Program-made: the position numbers and the translations under genes | Shown: positions 1-6,771 of the stretch, piece after piece | How the letters are laid out: the number at the start of each line of letters is the position of its first letter | How positions within the stretch are numbered: the stretch's first letter is position 1 | The notes under the pieces: generated by a model | The model's input: the letters and a program-made list of their open reading frames with translations, nothing else | Told to the model about the DNA's origin: nothing | The model's database searches: none | Source of the DNA: Pseudomonadota bacterium | Lineage (GTDB): Bacteria; Desulfobacterota; Desulfobacteria; Desulfobacterales; RPRI01 | Assembly (NCBI GenBank): GCA_043825875.1 | Contig: JBDRRF010000075.1 | Location: 1 to 59,068, forward strand | DNA length: 59,068 nucleotides | Direction of reading: 5' to 3'

Positions 1-2
1 CA

Positions 3-74
3 AATGTATGGTTTTGGTTGAGTGTTTTTCCTGGTTTTTGTGCTTATACCCTCTCAGGAGGTGTATTGGGCTAA
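3..74 (+). CDS. 3' end of a cassette-encoded ORF (partial, runs off window start)
   Basis: Frame 3 is open from the window edge to TAA at 72-74, 6 nt before the attC R'' box; the frame is a best guess. Confidence 0.35.
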   Translation, partial: NVWFWLSVFPGFCAYTLSGGVLG

Positions 75-80
75 AACGGC

Positions 81-208
81 ACTTAACATCGCAGTGCAGT
101 CGACAGCCGGGGCCGGGGCGTTTTTGCACGTTTGTTCAAGAATTGTAAATCGATATCTTTTTAATATGTTGGTGGAGGCCCCGGCTGCCACTGACCGCAG
201 CGTTCTGT
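81..208 (+). mobile_element. attC site (integron cassette recombination site) #1
   Basis: R'' ACTTAAC 81-87, 5-nt spacer, inner arms CAGCCGGGGCC/GGCCCCGGCTG, R' GTTCTGT 202-208. Confidence 0.8.
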
Positions 209-213
209 ACCTA

Positions 214-582
214 ATGAAAATACTACGTAAATTAAAAAACAAAATTAAGCCAAATTTATTTACGACTATTTTAGCAGGTATACTGATGGGCAGTTTTATG
301 AATTCGGCTGCTTACTTAAAATCATTTTTAGGATCTAATAGTATTTCTGAAATAGCCTGTATAGTTGTTGTTTTTGGTTGTATAAGCATATCTTATTATC
401 TTTTGGTCCCTTATGATAAGAAACTGTTAGAAAATATAAATGATCACATGAATAATCGTATAAGTTTTCAAAATATTGTTATTCTATTTAAATTACATTT
501 GAAGATGATTAGAATAATATTAACAGTTGGATTTTCGCTTGTTTTAACATTGGCAGTTTATCATGCCTTTAAAAATATTTGA
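214..582 (+). CDS. cassette-encoded membrane protein (~122 aa, 3 hydrophobic segments)
   Basis: ATG at 214 directly follows attC #1; the ORF-track start at 22 runs through the attC and is unlikely; bounded by GTTCTGTA 202-209 and TACAGAAC 592-599. Confidence 0.65.
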   Translation: MKILRKLKNKIKPNLFTTILAGILMGSFMNSAAYLKSFLGSNSISEIACIVVVFGCISISYYLLVPYDKKLLENINDHMNNRISFQNIVILFKLHLKMIRIILTVGFSLVLTLAVYHAFKNI

Positions 583-592
583 TCAAAGAAAT

Positions 593-680
593 ACAGAACC
601 AATCAATTAACCCAACACCGAGTAAGTAACGTTTTTTTATCCATTAACGGCGGCGGTGTGGGTTATTTCCGGCGTTAGGC
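593..680 (+). mobile_element. attC site #2
   Basis: R'' ACAGAAC 593-599 (complement of upstream core GTTCTGT), arms AATTAACCC/GGGTTATT, R' GTTAGGC 674-680. Confidence 0.85.
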
Positions 681-690
681 CTCAAAGGAG

Positions 691-1311
691 ATGATAATGG
701 AGAAAATAGACTTCAAAAAACAGTTCAATGTTCTTTACAAGCCCTCCGCCAAGAATGTTGCCGTGGTACAGGTGCCGGAAATGAATTTTTTGATGGTGGA
801 TGGCGAAGGCGACCCAAACACTGCGCAAGCATTCAGCAATGCAGTTGAAGCCCTCTTTTCAGTTTCTTACACACTGAAATTTATGGTCAAAAAGGGAGAT
901 ATGGCGATCGACTACGGCGTCATGCCGCTTGAAGGTCTCTTCTGGGCGGATGATATGAACGTATTCCGCACTGGCGACAAAGATGCTTGGAAATGGACCC
1001 TGATGATAATGCAGCCTGAATTTATTACCCAAGTCCTGGTGAAGGAAGCAATGGCCCAGGTGAAACTCAAAAAAGATCCGCCATCCCTTGGTTTATTGCG
1101 GTTTGAAGCATTCAATGAGGGGAAAGCTGCACAGATCATGCATATTGGCCCATTTTCAGAAGAAGGGCCAACGATCGAGAAGGTCCATGCCTTTATCGGT
1201 GACTGTGGCAGTGAAAGAGTTGGTAAACATCACGAAATTTATCTGAGCGACATAAGACGTGCCGCCCCTGAAAAATGGAAGACTATCGTCAGGCAACCGA
1301 TGGCGCCATGA
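691..1311 (+). CDS. GyrI-like small-molecule-binding domain protein
   Basis: KIDFKK...LYKP, FLMVDGEGDPN, PLEGLFW, HIGPFSEE, HHEIYLSD motifs; AAGGAG RBS. Confidence 0.85.
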   Translation: MIMEKIDFKKQFNVLYKPSAKNVAVVQVPEMNFLMVDGEGDPNTAQAFSNAVEALFSVSYTLKFMVKKGDMAIDYGVMPLEGLFWADDMNVFRTGDKDAWKWTLMIMQPEFITQVLVKEAMAQVKLKKDPPSLGLLRFEAFNEGKAAQIMHIGPFSEEGPTIEKVHAFIGDCGSERVGKHHEIYLSDIRRAAPEKWKTIVRQPMAP

Positions 1312-1724
1312 TAGAAGACACCGCGAAATTAATTGCGCCATGCGGACTTAATTGTCGCCTCTGCCGAGCATACATAAGAGATAAGAAGCCATGCCACGGC
1401 TGCAGGGGCGAAGACAGGTCCAAATCGAAAACCTGCAGAATCTGTCCCATTAAGAACTGCGAAAAATTGAAAACTGGCGGCTTGGAGTTTTGCATTGACT
1501 GCGTCCAATTTCCATGCACCCAAATGAGCCGCCTGGAAAAACGGTATACAGCCAACTATGGCGTCAGTGTATTTGATAACTTGATGAAGATAAAGAATAG
1601 CGGCGTCTCAACTTTCGTAAGAGATGAAAACAGAAAATGGACTTGCCCAAGGTGCGGAGAGATATTGTGTATGCACAAAGAGCAATGCACTTCCTGCGGG
1701 CACGTTTGGCGCGCTCAATGTTGA
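1308..1724 (+). CDS. DUF3795-family Cys-rich protein with C-terminal zinc ribbon
   Basis: APCGLNCRLC, CHGC, CPIKNC, FCIDCVQFPC, WTCPRCG...CTSCG; ATGA overlap with the GyrI-like stop gives a two-gene cassette. Confidence 0.8.
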   Translation: MIEDTAKLIAPCGLNCRLCRAYIRDKKPCHGCRGEDRSKSKTCRICPIKNCEKLKTGGLEFCIDCVQFPCTQMSRLEKRYTANYGVSVFDNLMKIKNSGVSTFVRDENRKWTCPRCGEILCMHKEQCTSCGHVWRAQC

Positions 1725-1739
1725 ATTGAATAACGAATG

Positions 1740-1813
1740 GCCTAACAAGGCAAATTAACACGGATGCAAATTCCGCTGCGCTCCATTTGCACCGGTTATT
1801 TGCAACGTTAGGC
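1740..1813 (+). mobile_element. attC site #3
   Basis: R'' GCCTAAC 1740-1746, arms GCAAATTAACACGG/CCGGTTATTTGC with extrahelical bases, R' GTTAGGC 1807-1813. Confidence 0.92.
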
Positions 1814-1832
1814 CATAAGAAGGAGGGGTGTC

Positions 1833-3032
1833 ATGCCAGACCCATCTCATCCGATAATTGGTGCCCGTTTCAACATTAGCAAAGCAACCTCAAGCGAATA
1901 TGGGCAGGAATTCTGGAAGATCGTGTGGTGTGCCGTCGATGCTACTGAACTTCGTGCTGTGATGTTCTACGAGGGCGATACTGATAATACTCTTAATGGC
2001 ACAGAAAAAGTGTACTGCATTGCTTTCCAAAGCTCGGATGCCACTGTCGAAAATATTTCTGTCAATCTTAAATCATACAAGCCATTTCGAGATGTCGCGG
2101 CCTATCCCATGTTTATTGAAGGTGAGGAGTGTGCGGCAGAGCCGCTTGTCAACGCCGGCTATATAGATTTTATCGGGCGTTTTTCAGATGACGCATTTAA
2201 TCCAAAACGCGCTCTTGCGAGCCTGAAAGGTGTCTCCCCAGATTTTTTTAATGACCCGAATTGGAAGCTCCAACCTCCTTTTGTTAACTTTGGAGATGCG
2301 CCGAGTAAAGAAGCCTGCGAGAAAGGTAATGATTTAAATAAGCCGAACGAGCGGAAGAAAACGCCCTGGTGGAAATTCTGGTCGGCTAATTCGATCGAGG
2401 AGAATGCATTCAAGAATAATCCTGAAGACATTAAGGCTTTGGTTGGCAACGGCGTTGGGCTATTTATCTTAGGCCGCTATAAGGAGGCAATTGGATGCTT
2501 TGATCAAGCCCTTAAGATTAATCCTGATGATACTGATGCCTGGGTTAACAAAGGTGCGTCATTATCAAAATTAGGCCGCGAGAAGCAAGCAATTGCATGC
2601 TATGAGCAGGTACTCAAGATTAACCCGGAACACGCTGGTGCTTGGTATAACAAGGGTATTTCTTTATCTGCTTTAGGTAGTCATAAAAATGCAATTAGTT
2701 GTTTTGACCGTGTTATCAAGATTGACCTGAGACATGCTGACGCTTGGTGGAGCAAGGGTAACTCCTTAACCAAATTAAAATGTGCAGATGAGGATAACCA
2801 AATAGATGAGGCAGTTGAATGTATTTCAAAGGCAGCTAATTTAGGCCATGAAACGGCACAACAGGCATGTACCAAACTTGGTATTGCTACCCAGTCTATA
2901 ATCATTGGGGAAAAACGATCAAAGAAAGATTTTACCAATAAGATAAAGAAATGTCTAAACTGCAATACGTTGGTTTCCGAAGGACAATTGCAATGTTCTA
3001 AGTGTGGGGATAGTCGATTTATCTATGAATAA
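1833..3032 (+). CDS. TPR-repeat protein with unknown N-terminal domain and C-terminal zinc ribbon (cassette)
   Basis: Repeats AWVNKG/AWYNKG/AWWSKG...ALKINP; C-terminal CLNC...CSKC; AGGAGG RBS; bounded by GTTAGGCCA/TGGCCTAAC. Confidence 0.8.
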   Translation: MPDPSHPIIGARFNISKATSSEYGQEFWKIVWCAVDATELRAVMFYEGDTDNTLNGTEKVYCIAFQSSDATVENISVNLKSYKPFRDVAAYPMFIEGEECAAEPLVNAGYIDFIGRFSDDAFNPKRALASLKGVSPDFFNDPNWKLQPPFVNFGDAPSKEACEKGNDLNKPNERKKTPWWKFWSANSIEENAFKNNPEDIKALVGNGVGLFILGRYKEAIGCFDQALKINPDDTDAWVNKGASLSKLGREKQAIACYEQVLKINPEHAGAWYNKGISLSALGSHKNAISCFDRVIKIDLRHADAWWSKGNSLTKLKCADEDNQIDEAVECISKAANLGHETAQQACTKLGIATQSIIIGEKRSKKDFTNKIKKCLNCNTLVSEGQLQCSKCGDSRFIYE

Positions 3033-3051
3033 CCAGGCTAATGAGACTTTG

Positions 3052-3126
3052 GCCTAACAAGGCAAATGCACTCGGACGGCAAAAAGCGTCGCTTCGCTCT
3101 GCTTTTCCCGCCGGTGATTTGCAGCG
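3052..3126 (+). mobile_element. attC site #4, R' box truncated after the crossover G
   Basis: R'' GCCTAAC 3052-3058, arms GCAAATGCAC.CGG/CCGGTGATTTGC intact, but ends GCAGCG|CATAAT instead of G|TTRRRY. Confidence 0.8.
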
Positions 3127-3164
3127 CATAATAAAAACAAGTTCTGCACAAACGCCACGGCCAG

Positions 3165-3224
3165 GACCAACAACTGGATGGAGACAGTCGCTGAAAAACG
3201 CGCTGCTCATCCGCCGCGTTAAGT
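3165..3224 (+). mobile_element. attC site #5 (short, 60 bp)
   Basis: R'' GACCAAC 3165-3171, arms GGATGGAG/CTCATCC, R' GTTAAGT 3218-3224. Confidence 0.8.
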
Positions 3225-3238
3225 TTGGATAAATAATA

Positions 3239-3529
3239 ATGAAATCGTTTCTGCTACTGCTTTATAAGAAAAATAAAAAACCGCTAACATTAACAACAAC
3301 CCTTTTATTAAGCATGGGTATAGGCTGCTGGTCTTTTGATCTACAACGCTTATTTCCATCAGGAGCCATAACGCCGAGATTGTTATTAGAAATAAGAATA
3401 CTGATATCGCTACTATCAATAATATTGTTTCTGCTCTCACTATTTATAATCATCCTTGTTAATTACAAAAAAGATGTTGAAAATGAAAACGCACAAAACC
3501 ACCGCACAAGGAGGGCTATTCACCAGTAG
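3239..3529 (+). CDS. cassette-encoded small membrane protein
   Basis: Starts 15 nt after the attC #5 R' box; two hydrophobic segments. Confidence 0.6.
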   Translation: MKSFLLLLYKKNKKPLTLTTTLLLSMGIGCWSFDLQRLFPSGAITPRLLLEIRILISLLSIILFLLSLFIIILVNYKKDVENENAQNHRTRRAIHQ

Positions 3530-3530
3530 T

Positions 3531-3583
3531 GCATGCTGGGATCTGTGCGGGGGGTGCCGAGTAATCGGCATTCCTACCGCGAT
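3531..3583 (+). mobile_element. group II intron 3' remnant (3' half of domain V plus domain VI)
   Basis: GCATGCTGGGATCTGTGCGGGGGGTGCCGA-GTAA-TCGGCATTCCT-A-CCGCGAT: DVI hairpin with GNRA loop, bulged A at -8, AY terminus. Confidence 0.75.
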
Positions 3584-3622
3584 CTCTTGACTATTTATGT
3601 AAGATTATGATAATCAGACAAC

Positions 3623-4603
3623 ATGTCACGTCCACTTAGAATAGAATATCCGGGTGCTTGGTACCATGTCATGAACCGTGGCAGAAGGTTTGAGAATATA
3701 TTTTCAGACGATGCGGATTATGAAATGTTTGTCGAGCTTCTCAAAGATACATCGGAAATGTGGAATGTTAATATTGCCGCCTATTGTTTAATGTCTAATC
3801 ATTATCATATTCTATTGCAGACACCGGATGGAAATATCTCAAGAATCATGCGGCATATCAATGGCGTCTATACGCAAAGATTTAACAGAAAATACAGTCA
3901 AGACGGTCAACTATTTAGAGGTAGATATAAGTCGATTCTTGTAGGTGGAGACAGTTATTTATTACAACTTGTTCGATATATTCACCGGAATCCAATAAAA
4001 GCCGGCCTTGTTACGTCTTTGAATTCATATAAATGGAGCAGTCATAAAGGATACCTTTCTATAGCACAAAAATGGAGCTGGCTTCACAAGACATTTATTT
4101 TTTCACTTCTTACAAAAAACAAAGAAGAATGGATAAAAAAATACCGGCAATTTGTTTCTATTAAGGAAGATGATAATATCACCCAAGTAATTGAAGCAAA
4201 GAAATGGCCTTCTATATTGGGTCCTAATAATTTTTTAGATTGGGTTAAAGGCAAATATTATAAATCTATAAAAGACGAGGACATTCCTGAGTCAAAATTA
4301 CTTGATCCAAGCCAGAAATTAATTCTCGAAGTAGTATGTAAATATTATGCTGTAGATGAAAAAGATATTTATAAATCAAGACGAGGGTCATATAATGAAC
4401 CAAGAAATGTTTTGATTTATCTAATCAGACGTCTTAGGCAAGATCACATGAAGCAAATCGGCAAAGAATTTAATATAGAAAAGTCCACTTCTGTCAGCAG
4501 CATTGTTGAACGGGTTAAGAAGCAGTTGCAGTCAGATAAACCTTTGAAGAAACGAATTGATGATCTTATTAATATGGTCGATAAGAGCCAAAAGCGGACT
4601 TGA
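3623..4603 (+). CDS. REP-associated tyrosine (Y1/HUH) transposase, RAYT-like, with C-terminal DnaA_C-like HTH
   Basis: MSRPLRIEYPGAWYHVMNRG, YCLMSNHYHILL (HUH), GQLFRGRYKSILV, RYIHRNP, YKWSS; element end ...GGACTTGACCCC at 4596-4607. Confidence 0.9.
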   Translation: MSRPLRIEYPGAWYHVMNRGRRFENIFSDDADYEMFVELLKDTSEMWNVNIAAYCLMSNHYHILLQTPDGNISRIMRHINGVYTQRFNRKYSQDGQLFRGRYKSILVGGDSYLLQLVRYIHRNPIKAGLVTSLNSYKWSSHKGYLSIAQKWSWLHKTFIFSLLTKNKEEWIKKYRQFVSIKEDDNITQVIEAKKWPSILGPNNFLDWVKGKYYKSIKDEDIPESKLLDPSQKLILEVVCKYYAVDEKDIYKSRRGSYNEPRNVLIYLIRRLRQDHMKQIGKEFNIEKSTSVSSIVERVKKQLQSDKPLKKRIDDLINMVDKSQKRT

Positions 4604-4607
4604 CCCC

Positions 4608-4644
4608 TAAATTTTTGCTGCGCAGGTAATTTCCGCGTTCGAAT
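4608..4644 (+). mobile_element. right half of an interrupted attC site (#6)
   Basis: GCGCAGGTAATTTCCGC-GTTCGAAT; core 4637-4644 is complementary to ATTCGAAC 5187-5194 after the TA pair. Confidence 0.65.
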
Positions 4645-4667
4645 CCGCACTCATTTTTTCATGTAGG

Positions 4668-4695
4668 TTGACAAATTATACCAAATTGGTATATT
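4668..4695 (+). promoter_or_regulatory. sigma70 promoter with palindromic operator of the TA cassette
   Basis: TTGACA 4668-4673; inverted repeat TATACCAA-A-TTGGTATA 4677-4693 across the spacer and -10. Confidence 0.65.
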
Positions 4696-4704
4696 GTATA
4701 TACT

Positions 4705-4965
4705 ATGAATTTTGAATTTGATCCTAAAAAATCAGATAGCAACAAAAATAAGCATGGGATTGATTTTTTTGAGGCCCAAGAGCTTTGGAATGATATTGAT
4801 CTATTAGAAATTCCAGCTAAAACAACCGATGAATTGAGACTCCTGGTTATTGGAAAAATAAACGAAAAACACTGGACTGGGATTATCACATACCGCAATG
4901 ATAATATACGAATTATCTCAGTCCGGAGTGCCAGGAATGAGGAGATTGAGCTTTATGAAAGCTAA
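4705..4965 (+). CDS. brnT: BrnT-family toxin (RelE-like RNase)
   Basis: FEFDPKKSDSNKNKHGIDF...IRIISVRSAR signature. Confidence 0.9.
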   Translation: MNFEFDPKKSDSNKNKHGIDFFEAQELWNDIDLLEIPAKTTDELRLLVIGKINEKHWTGIITYRNDNIRIISVRSARNEEIELYES

Positions 4966-5185
4966 AGAATTAGATAAAATATTTGATGATGGTAAAAGCA
5001 TTTTAGAACATTTAGACCTCTCAAAGGCCAGACGGCCGAACCAGGAACAGAAAAGGGTTAATGTCGATTTTCCTCTCTGGATGATTCAGTCGCTTGATAG
5101 AGAAGCTAAACGTCTTGGTGTGCCTCGGCAATCGATTATTAAGATTTGGCTTGCTGAAAGATTACGCAAATCCGCTACCACATAA
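4955..5185 (+). CDS. brnA: BrnA/CopG-type RHH antitoxin
   Basis: MKAKELDKIFDDG...RVNVDFPLWMIQSLDREAKRLGVPRQSIIKIWLAERL; overlaps the toxin stop. Confidence 0.88.
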   Translation: MKAKELDKIFDDGKSILEHLDLSKARRPNQEQKRVNVDFPLWMIQSLDREAKRLGVPRQSIIKIWLAERLRKSATT

Positions 5186-5186
5186 T

Positions 5187-5286
5187 ATTCGAACCTGTCG
5201 TTCCACACTCGACCGGAAACCCGCACCTTTTTTCCCAAATAGTATAGGCTGAGTTAAACGTGGCTAAGGAAATAATGGGGTTACCC
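5187..5286 (+). mobile_element. left part of attC site #7, truncated by IS3 debris
   Basis: R'' ATTCGAAC right after the antitoxin stop; no matching right arm before the IS end at 5287. Confidence 0.55.
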
Positions 5287-5671
<385 letters not shown>

Positions 5672-5691
5672 CTAAATTTACCATTTATTCA

Positions 5692-5728
5692 GGGACAGAA
5701 AAGCGGACAAATCTATTTGTTGCTGACA
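5692..5728. mobile_element. possible isolated IS end (IS1202/IS481-like, ...TGACA terminus)
   Basis: GGACA repeated at 12-nt spacing followed by AATCTATTTGTTGCTGACA; resemblance only. Confidence 0.3.
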
Positions 5729-5842
5729 TAAATTATAACTGCCTTACTCAGCATTCGGTAACATTTATTTATAATGCAACTGGTGTTAACCTTTTTCAAC
5801 CCGGGATCTGAAATAGAATTGCCGATATTCTCTGGTTTTTTA

Positions 5843-5870
5843 TTGAAATTATTTTATCGTTAGTTATAAT
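5843..5870 (+). promoter_or_regulatory. putative sigma70 promoter for the leader/TonB operon
   Basis: TTGAAA-N16-TATAAT. Confidence 0.45.
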
Positions 5871-6023
5871 CAACACATGCTATATATTTTTTGGTTGGTT
5901 AATTAACCTTGTAATAAACAACCGATCAATATACCGTCGATTTCTTAAAAATTTTCTTTTATTATATTTCGATAAAGAGTGAGGAATATCAAGATTGTTT
6001 TATCATGTTCCAGCAGAAATGAT

Positions 6024-6446
6024 ATGAACCATCTTACAAATGCTGCTGCGCGTTCATTTGCAACACTGTTTTTAACCGTTCTGGTTATTCATATGAGCCT
6101 GGTCATCCCACGTACGGAATGGTTGTGCCGGTGTGGCGATGAAATTTTGCATTCTGATTCATGCTGCTGCAATTGCCCCAAGTGTGTTGAAAAAAGGGAT
6201 GGTCTGCTTTCTTACTGCAATGGCCCGGAACAAAAGCACAAAGAGACACGGCAAAGACAATTTTTGGAAAATATGGGCTGTTCCTGCGGGCTTGGCCAAG
6301 TGGTCCTGAACCTGCCAGGAGATTCACCTTTTCTTCCGCTTGATCAGATAGCCGGTATATTCCCGACCAAAATTCATAAGGCTCCATCCAAAATAAACGG
6401 TTTCCTTTCTTATGTAACTTTTCTTATCGTCAAACCGCCCGGGTAA
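6024..6446 (+). CDS. Cys-rich exported small protein, DUF2946/CruR-like leader candidate
   Basis: N-terminal hydrophobic helix, CRC, CCCNCPKC, CSCG, Pro-rich C-terminus ending KPPG; lies upstream of a TonB receptor; alternative start at 5979. Confidence 0.6.
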   Translation: MNHLTNAAARSFATLFLTVLVIHMSLVIPRTEWLCRCGDEILHSDSCCCNCPKCVEKRDGLLSYCNGPEQKHKETRQRQFLENMGCSCGLGQVVLNLPGDSPFLPLDQIAGIFPTKIHKAPSKINGFLSYVTFLIVKPPG

Positions 6447-6771
6447 TTCATTACCATTCACCAAACATTATCCGCCATTGATATTAACACAGTAAGTTCT
6501 ATCGCTCATCCGAAGCACTACTCTTGAGGTTAGCGATACGCTCAGGTTATAAGCGCGGCTGGCTGTGTTGCTGATGGTTTTTATTCATTAACCATTCAAA
6601 ACATAAGATGGAGTTATAAGTTCGTGCCATGCTTTGGATGATTCAGTATCACGAATAAAGTTCTTTTGGTATTTGAAAGGAAACGTTTCTTTTCGAATGT
6701 TAACATGCAAGGGCTTGCGGATATGCAGACAAATAATTCCTTAAACCTGATTCAACGGAAAAGGAAAATAT

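Noticed and set aside
22..213. N-terminal extension of ORF 22..582
   Set aside because: It runs through attC #1; the ATG at 214 fits the cassette boundary
3019..3232. Short ORFs 3041..3232 (+) and 3019..3210 (-)
   Set aside because: They are translations of two attC palindromes
4630..4655. GTTCGAATCC resembles a tRNA T-loop
   Set aside because: Flanks do not form a T-stem or cloverleaf; better explained as an attC core matching ATTCGAAC at 5187
81..5286. CRISPR array or regular repeat array
   Set aside because: The repeats are variable imperfect palindromes separated by whole genes, i.e. attC sites
6447..6771. Cobalamin or other known riboswitch upstream of the TonB receptor
   Set aside because: No B12-box or other conserved motif recognised by eye; an Rfam scan would be needed to exclude it fully
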